Assembly: GCA_964270895.1 (NCBI GenBank)
Contig: OZ185441.1
From: Podarcis filfolensis
Taxonomy: Eukaryota
Reading direction: 5' to 3' (one strand)
Length of the DNA: 64,000 nucleotides
Position 1 is the stretch's first letter; each line of letters begins with the position of its first letter. Shown here one piece after another: positions 12,731 to 23,591 of the stretch. The notes under the pieces are model-generated. The model saw nothing but the letters and a program-made list of their open reading frames with translations. It was not told where the DNA came from and made no database searches. The position numbers were made by a program, and so were the translations under genes.

Positions 12731-12967
12731 GTAAAGGTAAAGGGACCCCTGACCATTAGGTCCAGTCGTGACCGACTCTGGGGTTACGGCGCTCATCTCG
12801 CTTTATTGGCTGAGGGAGCCAGCGTACAGCTTCTGGGTCATGTGGCCAGCATGACTAAGCTGCTTCTGGCAAACCAGAGCAGCACACGGAAACGCCGTTT
12901 ACCTTCCTGCTGGAGCGGTACCTATTTATCTACTTGCACTTTGACGTGCTTTCGAACCGCTAGGTTG
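12731..12967 (-). mobile_element. Sauria/Squam1-type SINE, 5'-truncated
   Basis: Reverse complement of the body and (CCTTTA)n tail of the SINE at 40495-41100; tRNA head absent. Confidence 0.85.
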
Positions 12968-13150
12968 TCACTTTTTAAATATAATTTCAGAATTCACACT
13001 GGTTTTGATAGTCTTCATATTTATGTGTATAAACATTAGGTGTGGAGGGGGGAAATATCTTGTAACTTTAGAGTAAGCATGTTATATGCTACAGAGGTCA
13101 ATATAAAGATATAGAATTGATAGATTGCAGTGTGATCATCCCATATAATC

Positions 13151-13289
13151 TAGGCGCAGGGAACCTGTGGCTCTCCAGATATTTGCTGGACTACAACTCC
13201 CTTCAGCCCCAACTAGCATGGTCAATGGCTAGGGATGGTGGGAATTGTAGTTAAGCAACATCTGATAGGCTGCAGGTTACCCATCCCTG
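13151..13289. mobile_element. hAT-type palindromic MITE (same family as 11921 and 29338)
   Basis: GGGAACCTGTGGCTCTCCAGAT...ATCTGATAGGCTGCAGGTTACCCATCCCTG inverted arms; TSD not resolved. Confidence 0.65.
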
Positions 13290-13321
13290 CCATAACATGT
13301 CAAACAACCAAAGGGAAAGCT

Positions 13322-13403
13322 GCAGTCCTATGCACACTCACCCAGAACTAAGTCCAACTAAACTCATTGAGACTTACTTTTGAGTAGACATGCTTAGGAT
13401 TGC
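13322..13403. repeat. Imperfect ~80-bp palindromic repeat (GCARTCCTATGCA...TGCATAGGATTGC family)
   Basis: Arms of about 34 bp pair imperfectly; related decayed copies near 4630-4705, 21568-21652, 29658-29715 and 37060-37125. Confidence 0.55.
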
Positions 13404-13716
13404 TGTGTAGGCTAGTGGGACTTCTGAGTAAACCTGCCTAAGTTTGGACTATGAGTGAAAAAAGTTTTTTTTAAAAAACCCACATAAATATTTTATTTCT
13501 AAAGTACATATATATTTGCAAAATATTAATTGAACATCTTGAAATCTATTGCTATGAGCACACCAAACTTGAAGTAGTAAGAAACTTCAGGAGTGGTAGC
13601 ACATACATCGGGTTTGGTTACCTTCGAAGGAAGGTCACTGGAGACACTGGTGTCTTTGTAATAAGGTTTTAGTTACACAAATATACAGGCTGAGCATAAG
13701 GTTGAAGGGCTTGAAG

Positions 13717-14259
13717 CAGTGGTTCTCAAACTTTTTTCTCTGGGCCACACTTTCAGAATAAAAAATTGCTCACACCACACCAAATTTTTTATTGATAAGA
13801 AATACGTCAGAAAACACAACTAGGATGTCCTCAGTATCACTTGACGCTCTTGTTCTCATTTTGAAAATATATCCATATTCTGCAAATAATAATTATTTTT
13901 GAATATACTATACTAAGCTGAAATGTTTAAATGTTTACAGTGGTACCTCCGGTTACGAACGGGATCCGTTCCGGAGGCCTGGCCGTATCCCGAAAATTTC
14001 ATAACCGGAGGACCACTTCTGCACACACACGCGGCAGCACAGAGCACTTTTGCGCATGTACGAAGCACGCAGAGCGCTTCTGCGCACACACGAGCGGTAA
14101 ACCCACTTCCGGGTTTGCCGCAGCCATAACCCAAAGATTCTGCAACCTGGAGGTTACTCAACACAAGGTCCCACTGTATTTTAATGCCCTTGACTCTTCC
14201 CGCCACACTTGCGATCCTCTCCTGCCACACCCACTGTGGCGCACCTTTGAGAACCACAG
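13717..14259. mobile_element. hAT (Charlie-like) MITE hosting a nested Tigger-like MITE
   Basis: TIRs CAGTGGTTCTCAAA / TTTGAGAACCACAG; flanks GCTTGAAG vs ACTTAAAG (6/8 decayed TSD). Confidence 0.7.
13938..14176. mobile_element. Tc1/mariner-superfamily (pogo/Tigger-like) MITE, subfamily 2
   Basis: TA-CAGTGGTACCTC ... AAGGTCCCACTG-TA; interior related to the copy at 23399-23591. Confidence 0.85.
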
Positions 14260-14770
14260 ACTTAAAGCAGTAACACTCCAAACAGAGGCTGCTGTTCCCT
14301 TTGGCTTCCAGGGGGCTTCTCAATGTCATAGCTTGGGTTTCTGCACAAAGAGCAAGTCAAGCCTCTGTGTCTACCCAGCTCCAGACAAGACTAGCCCAAA
14401 CTAGCCCGCCCCCCAGGCCTATTGTTCTTCTAATGCTACAATGATGTAGCCTCCAGCTAGGTAAGCAAGGAAGGCCTTCCCAAAACATGCACACACAAAC
14501 AGGGAGGGCCAACTCTTTAGTCATGTAAAAAGAAATAAAAAAGACTTATCTAGGCCCATTAACATAACAAAGAGACTGGTTTGTCCAGTTCAGTAGTTCC
14601 TTCCATTTCAGAATCTCATGAAATAAAACCATAGGCTTGCAGAGGGTTGAAAGATGGCGACCAAAACAACCCCCGCCAATCCTATAACAATATCCGTATT
14701 TGCTAGGCTCCAAGCAATACTGAACACAGTTTGGAAATGTTGAAATACTCAGAATTACTAGCTAATGAAT

Positions 14771-14930
14771 GAAACAGAACATACACACATAGGATGTTGC
14801 CTTATACTGCTGAGTAGAACCATTAGTACTCTCTCACTGTTGTCTACACTGGCACTGGCTGGCAGCAGCTCTCCAGAGTTTCAGATAGGGATCTCCTAAC
14901 CCAACTTTGAGATGCCAAGGATTGAAGTCA
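14771..14930 (-). mobile_element. Decayed tRNA-derived SINE (Squam2-like)
   Basis: CTGGCTGGCAGCAGCTCTCCAGAGTTTCAG...GAGATGCCAAGGATTGAA aligns by eye with the copy at 59487-59665. Confidence 0.5.
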
Positions 14931-15690
14931 ATTGATTCTTGTGTTACAAGGTTCATCCTAAGATTTCCAACTCAGTTTTCAGAAGAATGAATGTAATCCA
15001 CAAAGTGATCATATATACTCAGACTGTAAGAGTCTGTATTCTGATTAGCACTTTACTGGTGGTCACTGTTATTACTGCTGAAAGTGGTGCTGTCATCATC
15101 CCATATAGTAGTCTAATTATTCTTATGTAGCTTGAGACTGTGGTTTAGGCACTGTTATGAATGCATTAATTGGAAGAAGAAGAAGAAGCCAAAACAGCTT
15201 AATCCACAAAGAAGGTAGTATGGTTTGGAAAGCCAAGGTTTCCAGAACTACAAAAAATCTTTAGAAAAAGAATATTAATGAGAAGGAACTCCAAAAACAG
15301 CTGAATGAGTACTGTTCAGTGGTCATGGACCATTGAAGAGAGAGAGAGAGGTAAAATAGAATGGAATATCCTGGCAATGGCATGGTTGGTTGTAACAAAT
15401 CCCGAACAGAAGTACTCCTGACTGCAACATTTTGTAGTAAGTCCCACGGGTATATACTAATAGCGAACTCAAATGGTGGGTTGTGATGGCAGTAAGATGA
15501 TGGCAATAAGAGGCTACTGAAAAACAAGAGGGAAGTACAGTTTCAGCATGCTAGAGGGAACCCCAAAGCTAGCAGAAGTAGAAACAATCATTAAGCAGGT
15601 ATGGGGGCATATAGTGTGAACTGAGGGTCCAGTGTGAACTGAGCATATGGACAAGGTACCCTGAAACTATCCAATGAAGATGCAACAGAT

Positions 15691-15797
15691 CAGGCATGTC
15701 CAATGTCCGTCTTGGGGGCCTAATCCGGCCTCTTGGCCGGTTTAATCCCTTGGCCAGTTTAATCTGGCCCTCTTTGAAAAAAGTTTAGGCACCCCTG
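15691..15797. mobile_element. hAT-type MITE (107 bp)
   Basis: Termini CAGGCATGTCCAA / TTAGGCACCCCTG; perfect 8-bp TSD CAACAGAT (15683-15690, 15798-15805). Confidence 0.85.
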
Positions 15798-15861
15798 CAA
15801 CAGATGCTCACAAGCCAGACTGACCAGCATCTGTGTAGGAGGAGGAAAATAGAATGGAGTA

Positions 15862-16085
15862 CAGTGGTACTCGGGTTACAGACGCTTCAGGTTACATACG
15901 CTTCAGGTTACAGACTCCACTAACCCAGAAATATTACCTCGGGTTAAGAACTTTGCTTCAGGATGAGAACAGAAATCGTGCGGCGGCAGCGCAGTGGCAG
16001 CAGGAGGCCCCATTAGCTAAAGTGGTGCTTCAGGTTAAGAACGGACCTCCGGAACGAATTAAGTTCTTAACCTGAGGTACCACTG
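15862..16085. mobile_element. Tigger-like MITE, subfamily 1, reverse orientation
   Basis: TA-CAGTGGTAC-TCGGGTTAC ... CCTGAGGTACCACTG-TA. Confidence 0.9.
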
Positions 16086-16236
16086 TATTATGGAGAGGAC
16101 ATGGCTAGCTAAAACCTGGACATGAGCACTCTAAATTTTGTTGTAGTCTTCTTGGTTGCCCCCTAAATCTCAATAAATGTGCAGGTACTGCACATTTCTC
16201 TTAGATCTCTTAGATCTCTCTTAGATTTCAATGGAA

Positions 16237-16669
16237 AGCCAAAAGAAGATTGGCAAAACAAATTAATGGAATACAGTATGCGGAAATGGCTTTATTAACG
16301 GAGAAACTTTGAAATCAAGACAATAACAAATTTAAAAATGAATGGGAAGTTTTTATTGCATATATATATCAACGCAATGTATACAAGTTAACACATTGGC
16401 AGGATTTTAAGAAACATTTGCAATATGATGATAAAAGATAGAATTGGATACAATAAGATGAATAATATTACACAGACATGCATGAATTAATGATGAAACA
16501 ATGAAACGAGAAGGAGCAGAGGGAAGTCAAGGGATTTGAAAAATCCCACATTTGAATGTTTTATTGAATGTGTAAACAGTATTGTAAGGTTTTTAATTTC
16601 TTTTTTTTAATGTTTATTTGATGTGAAATTTGTTATTAATTAAATTAATTTTAAAATGTATATAAAAAA
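16237..16669 (+). mobile_element. 5'-truncated L1 3' end with target-site duplication
   Basis: Perfect 14-bp TSD AGATTTCAATGGAA (16223-16236, 16670-16683); A-rich tail; residual frameshifted ORF2 C-terminus EDWQNKLMEY..AEMALLTEK. Confidence 0.85.
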
Positions 16670-16719
16670 AGATTTCAATGGAACGTATCCGGATGCAATG
16701 TGTTTTCATTTTACCAAAG

Positions 16720-16744
16720 TAGTAGTAGTAGTAGTAGTAGTAGT
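16720..16744. repeat. (GTA)n microsatellite
   Basis: Direct read GTAGTAGTAGTAGTAGTAGTAGTA. Confidence 0.95.
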
Positions 16745-16819
16745 AATACAGATTAATGATACAGATGTGTATTCTTGCTTTAGTATCTTACAATGAGTCT
16801 GCAAGAGTGTTTCTGAATG

Positions 16820-17620
16820 CCTAAGAGACGCGCTCGACAGTGAACTGCCTATTTCGTTTTCTATCACTATTTTAGGGATACCTGTGACGCACGGCTACTG
16901 CAAAGTGCTATCCTACACAGGAGTTAAGTTCCGCCGGCCACCGTGGGGATTACTTTAGAGTAAACATGCATGGGACTTGCCCTGTGGATCAGGGTCAAAG
17001 AAAGAAAACAGCGCATCAGCCAGCGAACGAGGCCACGGATTGGCTAGCTGGCCCCCTTTGTCCGGCTCAGGGTGTCAGGTTTCCTCGCGCCGGCTTGGAC
17101 TGGTCCTGCATCCGCCAATAATGCTTTTGCAGGGTGTCGCCAGTGTAACCGCCACAAACGGCCCCCAACGTGGTCTCGGAGAGTTCGTTGCACGGAACGG
17201 AGATCTGCAGCTCGCGCGGCTTTCCTTTTGCTGCAAGGCGAAATCCTGCAATCGCAATACAATACAATAATTCCAGCTGCAAAGCTTCCTAGCGTGTTGC
17301 GCGCTCGGCCACAGCAGGAGCAGCCGGCGCCAAGAGCCTTGATTTCCCAGGAGTGCCGAAGTTTAGGCGATGGGATCGGCGTTAAGCAGCGACAGTCGGG
17401 AGGTGGCCAGCCCTCTCCAGGTAGCAGAAGAGGAGAAGCAGTCGCAAGTCCCATCTTTTGACTGCTCCATCTGCCTGGAGGTGCTCCACCAGCCCGTAAG
17501 GACGCAGTGCGGCCACGTGTAAGTGAAACTCTCCTCCCGGAATTGGCTGAGGCGGGTGTGGGGAGAGAGTGAATCCCCATTCTTTGCAATGCGAGAAGTC
17601 TGAAATTATGCTGCGACTTT
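16820..17620 (+). promoter_or_regulatory. CpG-rich promoter and first-exon region of RNF125
   Basis: CpG enrichment; CCAAT boxes at 17039-17043 (reverse) and 17115-17119; ISRE-like TTTCGTTTTC at 16852-16861. Confidence 0.7.
17370..17518 (+). CDS. RNF125: RNF125 coding exon 1 (149 nt), RING E3 ligase TRAC-1
   Basis: [49 protein letters not shown](V): MGSxxS myristoylation-type start and first half of the C3HC4 RING; donor GTAAGT at 17519. Confidence 0.95.
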
Positions 17621-19129
17621 GTTAGCTGCAGTTCTTTCCATACTTAAACTGGGACCAACCAACTTCCGTTTAATTCTCTCTTTTTTTTTTAAGAAAGGGT
17701 ATTTGGCTTCCGTTTGGGATGCGATCATAAAACGACATTTTTTTGGTGGTAATGCTGAAGATGCGAGCACAGAACTTGATCCAAGTTAGCGCACGAACAA
17801 GTAATTTAACTTGACATTTGCATGCGGCGGATTCAGTTCAGAAACAGAATCCGAGATCTAGGCGATTGGCATTAAAAGATGTACCTTCGTTAAGATGCGT
17901 TGTTCTTTCTCTTCATTCCCTTTAATATTTTTGGGGAAACAAGTTTTAAGTAAGATATTTGGGTCGGGGAAGAAGGGATGTGTGATCCAAATTTATTTAT
18001 ATTTGTGAATTGGTGTAGTGTAGTGGTTGAGCCAGTACAAACATTTCTGATCTACACTACACTGATCAACACTACACTTCTATAAAGATGTGAATACCTT
18101 AGTTGTTGAAAAAATTACAAGAGAATGGATGTGATGTGCTTCAACACTTGAAAGCACCATAAAAGTGCCACATACTTTTTGGAGTTTTCTTTTGAGTTTC
18201 TGGGCCTGTTTTAACTTTCCCCAAATGGAATTGCTTGCATTCTATTTTATCAAGGAACAAAGGATCCATTTAATTGCATTGTCCTCAGTGTGCTGATATG
18301 TCTTAAATATAAATTAATATGCATGCGGGTATAAAATACCAGTATGTTTGATTCTTTCATTTGTATATTTTGAGAAGGAAGCATCCCGAGTTCTTAGAAG
18401 TATCCTTTTTGTAAATTTTTCATGGCAAAATTCAACCACTATTTCCCCTGAGAAACTTTGGTTGAAAAGAATTCTTTAAAAAACCATGATATTCTAAAAC
18501 AAGGGAGGAACACTCCCAGTTTTGGAAAGTCTTCCCCCATATTTTTATTCAGTGACGGTGATGATTCTGTGGTGCAAATATTGGTGCAAATCTGTTCACT
18601 GTCAATATTCCAAAATATTGGAGTTCTCCCAACGTAGGAAAATAAAAATAAAAATCAGAGTTGCCCCCCATGCCTGCCTGTGGATGGACTAAAATTTATT
18701 TTCCTTAACAAATTTAGGTCAAGCACATACAAGGTTGGGACATTGTTATTAATGTATAGATGCCCCTTTCCATATTAAAGGAAAGGCCTAACTGTTGAAT
18801 CATTAGCAGCCACAATTGCATTGTTTAACTTTTTTAACTGTACTAAAAGTATGAAGCGTGCACATGCTGTTAAGCATTCAGTGGGAGATATTCAGGCAAG
18901 AAACAAAACATGTTCAGAATAGCTTTTTTATATGCCAAAACCACCACTTTTACTCCCTAGTGAAGACTGGATATCGAAAAGAACAAATTTGTAAGGAAAA
19001 GTTAGCACTTGGCTTGTGTCTTCTTTACATTCCATCTGGGGGCCTGGTTCAGATGTAAGAGCCATCCCATGGTTTGACTGTTGTGAATGCCTTTCATGCT
19101 CACAAGCTACAATTCCTCCCCCCTCTCAC

Positions 19130-19189
19130 TGATTCAATCAAGTACAGATTGATTCAATCAAGTACAGATTGATTCAATCAAGTACAGAT
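19130..19189. repeat. Three tandem copies of a 20-bp unit
   Basis: (TGATTCAATCAAGTACAGAT)x3 read directly. Confidence 0.95.
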
Positions 19190-20491
19190 CCTTTGCCAGT
19201 CAAATTGTTCAGGCCATCTTGTCTCAACCTGCCTGGTATGAGTCATACAAACTAGGCACACTTGTATTTATTTATTTATTTACTGTTCTTGCATGCCACT
19301 CTTTCTCCTTCTGGAGCCTATTTTCCCTGGTGGAGTAATGGATGGAGTGACAGTATGAACAACCCATGGGGTGATGGAATTTGGTGTCTGGCAGACCCCA
19401 ATAAAAAAGGTTTAGAAATCTTCACTCCAAAGCCATTTTCAGAAGCGAGCTTGTAACTTGACTAAGACCTGTATTGTTGCACATTTTTGTAGCACCCACC
19501 TACATACATGTTTAAAATATATAAATCTGCATATTTCAATGTATGTGGTAGCATGCCTGGCACCAATACATAGCAAAACAAGGCAGCTGCTTGGAGCAGA
19601 ATTATTCAAGGGGACCTGCTGCCATACCAGAAACAATGAACAAATGTGAGATTTTGTGTTTCTTCTGGAACAGCTAATTCAATCAATCCATCTTTATTGA
19701 GGTCAAAGACCAGACAGCAAAGTTTACAACAACAACGCTAATTCACAATGCAATGCTGCAAGGAATTCTGCGGTACATTGTTACTTCCTACAGGGACACT
19801 TCATTTCATGCTGCTAAAACCAGCAAAAATCTTGAGTCAGTCCTGTATACTAAAAAAGTTGAAAGGTCTGATGCCCTAAGCCAAGAATGTGGATTGTCTA
19901 CCAGCTACAGTTGAATAGTATGCCTCTGTGTCGCTTCTGTGTTATGTGCAAATTCAGATACATATAAACAGCTGGCACTTGCACTTGATCTTTGTAAATA
20001 TCATTTGCAAGTCCAGAATGATGGATGTAACCCAAGAAGTAGGTTTTTAGAATTGTATAACTCTCTCTAACTTTGCTTAACTTATTAACTAGGGTTCATT
20101 GTTTAAAACCTTGCACGTGTTTGGAAACCACAATGAAACTTTCCTTTTGGATTAATCTTAGATAAAACTTCTTTTCAGCTATGGCTGAGGAGAAGGATTT
20201 GAGTTTGCTCGACTAATCCTTACTTAGTACAACAAAAAGCCCATGGCAGCATTTCCTTTACAGTACGTGTAGAAATGTTGCAGGTAAAAACAAAACATTA
20301 GCAGGAACTTGTTATCTGTCTAAAGTCTCACATGAGCAATTTTAAGCCCATGTTTGTAGAAATGAAGAACATTACCTATAGGCAACAGAATGGTGGAATA
20401 CTAAAGCTTAGTATTTAAATGCACAAATATGGTTGGTAGTTAAGGAGTTAGCCCCATGGAACTCTGTAGTACCCACTTCTAAATAAATATA

Positions 20492-21381
20492 CCATATTGG
20501 CCCGAATATAAGCCGCACTTTCCGCCCAAATTCTGACAGTGAAAAGTTAAAGTGTGGCTTAAATTCACAACCTTATGCCACGAGCAAAGTGGCATGGCTC
20601 CCCCCCCCCAGGAAGCAGCCTGGGAGCGCGGGGCAACGACACGCAGCCCGCCTGCCGCTCCTAAGCCTTCCCCCAAGTACAGGTCAGTTTCAGACCATGG
20701 GACTTGCCCTGAAGCCAACACAAGTATTTTAAGCACAACATTTTTTCATGTTTCGAAGGCACAGGTATCTCTGTTTGTTCAATATGAATGTAGCCCTAAG
20801 GTTATGGCCTGACCATAGGTTGCAAAGCAGTGATGGGTGACCACATCTCCTCAAACAGGGTTGGATCAGAAATAAGCCATTCTATTCCTCATCCCGTCTG
20901 CAGAAGTGAAAAAATAACTTGGCTTGTTTTTGAGCCAGTCTGAATTTGGACTGGAGGCCACCACCAGCAGCCCTAATCCCCAAGCCTCTCTCCCTTATCT
21001 CCCCATAAGCCGCCTTGCCTGCCCCCTGCTCCTCCAAATACCCCCTTCCTTCCTTCCTTCCTTCCTTCCCACCCACTCACCTACCCTCCAAACCCCTTTT
21101 TCCTGCCCCACATGCCTGGCTGCTGCTGCTGCTGACACTCTTAATTTGAGGGGAAGCAGGAGCAGGGAAGAGAAAGAGGTCTCTTCGCACCTCCCTCTGG
21201 TGCCACATCCAAGAAGCCCACAGGGAAACTACTGAAATGCCCCTTGGGAGAAACTATATTTCCCAGGATCTACTTAGGGACACATTTATTCAGGTATTTA
21301 TTCGGGTATTGTCTTTTTTCCCCTTGAATTTTAAAGGTGTGGCTTTATATTCGGGTGCGTCTTATATTTGGGCCAATACAG
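20492..21381. mobile_element. Non-autonomous Tc2/pogo-like DNA transposon (about 890 bp)
   Basis: TIRs CCATATTGGCCCGAATATAAGCCGCAC / GTGCGTCTTATATTTGGGCCAATACAG, TA on both sides; no transposase ORF seen. Confidence 0.8.
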
Positions 21382-21776
21382 TACATAGGATTCGGTTTCT
21401 AAGGTTTTTCAAGAGTATTGCTAAAAACACCTTTTCAGTTTGGAAGACATTACTCGCCAACTGTTTTATGGATTAGAAGTTGGAACAGAATGAAGCTGTT
21501 TTAAAATGAAATACATGTTTTACATTCAGATTAAAGACAAGAGAAATTAAAAAAAAAAAAAGTTTAAGCTGCAGTCCAATTGCATTTACCAGGGAGAAAC
21601 TCCACTGAATAATTAGGACTTACTTCTGAATAGGCCTGGTCAGGGTTGCACTGAAACCAACCTTTGAAACTTTCATCACAGATCCAACATGTTATTCTGC
21701 TGTATAACTTAACAACACAACTTTTCTATAATGTAGACAGTAGGGTGAAAAAACAAGACTGTTATTCAGTTAAAAG

Positions 21777-21911
21777 CATGGGCCTAGCCAGGATTTATGT
21801 TGGGGGGCAGGCTTTATGTTGAGGGGCAACCACGGTTAGTTAAGTATTTTGTATTGATTTGCTTGATGGGGGGTAGCTGCCCCTCCCTGCCTTTTCTTGG
21901 CTGTGCCCATG
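21777..21911. mobile_element. hAT-type MITE
   Basis: Termini CATGGGCCTAGCCAGG / TTGGCTGTGCCCATG; flanks GTTAAAAG vs GCTAAATG (6/8). Confidence 0.65.
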
Positions 21912-22039
21912 GCTAAATGGCTAAAATAATGCAGCCCTTTTACCTGTTCTTCCTACCTTTGTTGTACATGAAGGATGAATTAAGTCACATTGTTGCAAAC
22001 TTTTTATGGAAGTAAATTGAACCAACTTCTGATCATCGG

Positions 22040-22180
22040 AAAACAGCCTTATCCTGAGTCAAACCATTGGGCCTTCCAGTCCTGTATTGCTGATACGGAG
22101 TGGCAGCAGCTCTCAGTTTCTGGCAGAAATCTTTCCCAACCTTGCCTGAAGACACCAGAGATTGAAAATGGCATGCATAT
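22040..22180 (-). mobile_element. Decayed tRNA-derived SINE (Squam2-like)
   Basis: Similar by eye to 14771-14930 and 59487-59665. Confidence 0.45.
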
Positions 22181-22438
22181 CATGTGGTCTTCTAGGAGAA
22201 ACAGCCTTTCCCCTCAAGGCAACTGGTTAAGAATAGGTCTCATTGGCGTCCATATTGGCGAAAATGCAGAACTGTTTTGCACATATTGGTTTTGCTGGCT
22301 GCAGTAAGAATTGTGTTGCGTTTTGATGAAACTGGGTTGCCACAAACAAGGCATATGTCATGGAGGAGCAAAAGGTACAGTGGCAGGAGAGAGAGACAGA
22401 GATAGGGCACAGAAAGGGACAGGTGATGTGCCAAAATA

Positions 22439-22607
22439 CTGTATTTTTCGCTCTATAACACGCACCCGACCATAACACGCACATAGTTTTTAGAGGAGGA
22501 AAATCCGTAGGCATGCCACCCGTAGGCATTTCCTCCATAACACGCACAGACATTTCCCCTTACTTTCTAGGAGGAAAAAAGTGAGTGTTATGGTGCAAAA
22601 AATACGG
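22439..22607. mobile_element. Tc2-like MITE (169 bp)
   Basis: TA-CTGTATTTTTCGCTCTATAACACGCAC ... GTGAGTGTTATGGTGCAAAAAATACGG-TA; internal ATAACACGCAC repeated 3x. Confidence 0.85.
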
Positions 22608-22696
22608 TAGATGGATGGGTCAGAGCAGTGATGCCCTGGTGCCCAAAGTGCTTGGAAGACAAGGGAGGCCAACAGCAGGTGGAGCCAGAGCCAATA

Positions 22697-22937
22697 CAGT
22701 GGTACCTCTGGTTAAGAACTTAATTCATTCCGGAGGTACGTTCTTAACCTGAAACTGTTCTTAACTTGAGGTACTACTTTAGCTAATGGGGCCTGCCGCT
22801 GCCGCTATGCCACCGGCACACGATTTCTGTTCTCATCCTGAGGTAAAGTTCTTAACCCAAGGTACTACTTCTGGGTTAGCGGAGTCTGTAACCTGAAGTG
22901 TTTGTAACTGAGGTGTTTGCAACCCGAGGTACCACTG
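22697..22937. mobile_element. Tigger-like MITE, subfamily 1
   Basis: TA-CAGTGGTACCTCTGGTTA ... AACCCGAGGTACCACTG-TA. Confidence 0.9.
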
Positions 22938-23398
22938 TAATGGGCAGAACTAATTCTAGTTTTGTCCCCATCCTCCTTCTGAATTCTACAAGAGCAGCAC
23001 TGAGGCAGAGGACGAAGCTGACAGGCAATGCCACCAGCCTGGATTAGTTTTCAGTAAAAAAAAAGGCACACCAAGCACTGTTCAGGCTCCTGTTTAATTA
23101 GCATCTGCTGCTATTGCTGCTGGAAGTAAGGGAACTAATGCTGCTCCACAGCTAGCCCACCTTTTATCTTCTCCACCTGCCAAATATGCACGAACATTTT
23201 ATTTATTAGGTATATTTCAGGGAAGCTTATGTGGTACTAACGCAACCAACTTCTTTAAAAAAGAGCATTTCCCAGAACTATGTATTGATTGAACACTGCT
23301 AAGAACCCCTTAGTTCATTGATGTCAGCACTTCCCAGATCAACCTAACAGATTTGGTGTAGTTCCTTAGTCACACACTTTGTTCAATATTCAAGGCTA

Positions 23399-23591
23399 CA
23401 GTGGTACCTCGGGTTACAAATGCTTCAGGTTATGCGTTTTCGGGTTGCGCACCACGCTGAACCTGGAAGTACTGGAACGGGTTACGGTGCACGCACAGAA
23501 GTGCTAAATCATGCTATGCGCATAAGCGCCAAATCGCAAGGTTGCGAATGTGCCTCCCACATGGATTACGTCGCAAACCGAGGTTCCACTG
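23399..23591. mobile_element. Tigger-like MITE, subfamily 2
   Basis: TA-CAGTGGTACCTCGGGTTAC ... AACCGAGGTTCCACTG-TA. Confidence 0.85.

Noticed and set aside
12806-13039. Repeated MAEGA(S/G)VQL.GHVASMTK ORF (also 40781-41020)
   Set aside because: Antisense translation of the Sauria SINE body, not a gene family
15854-16075. Recurrent SGYIRFRLQTPLTQK / APLAKVVLQVKN peptides (also 25585-25800, 59607-59798)
   Set aside because: Translations of the same MITE consensus; no transposase DDE motifs
16977-17589. ORFs of 60-181 aa around the RNF125 start
   Set aside because: CpG-island shadow frames with no recognisable domains; the real exon is in another frame from ATG 17370
19130-19189. Repeat arrays as possible CRISPR-like structures
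   Set aside because: Eukaryotic locus; repeats are directly tandem with no unique spacers and there are no cas genes
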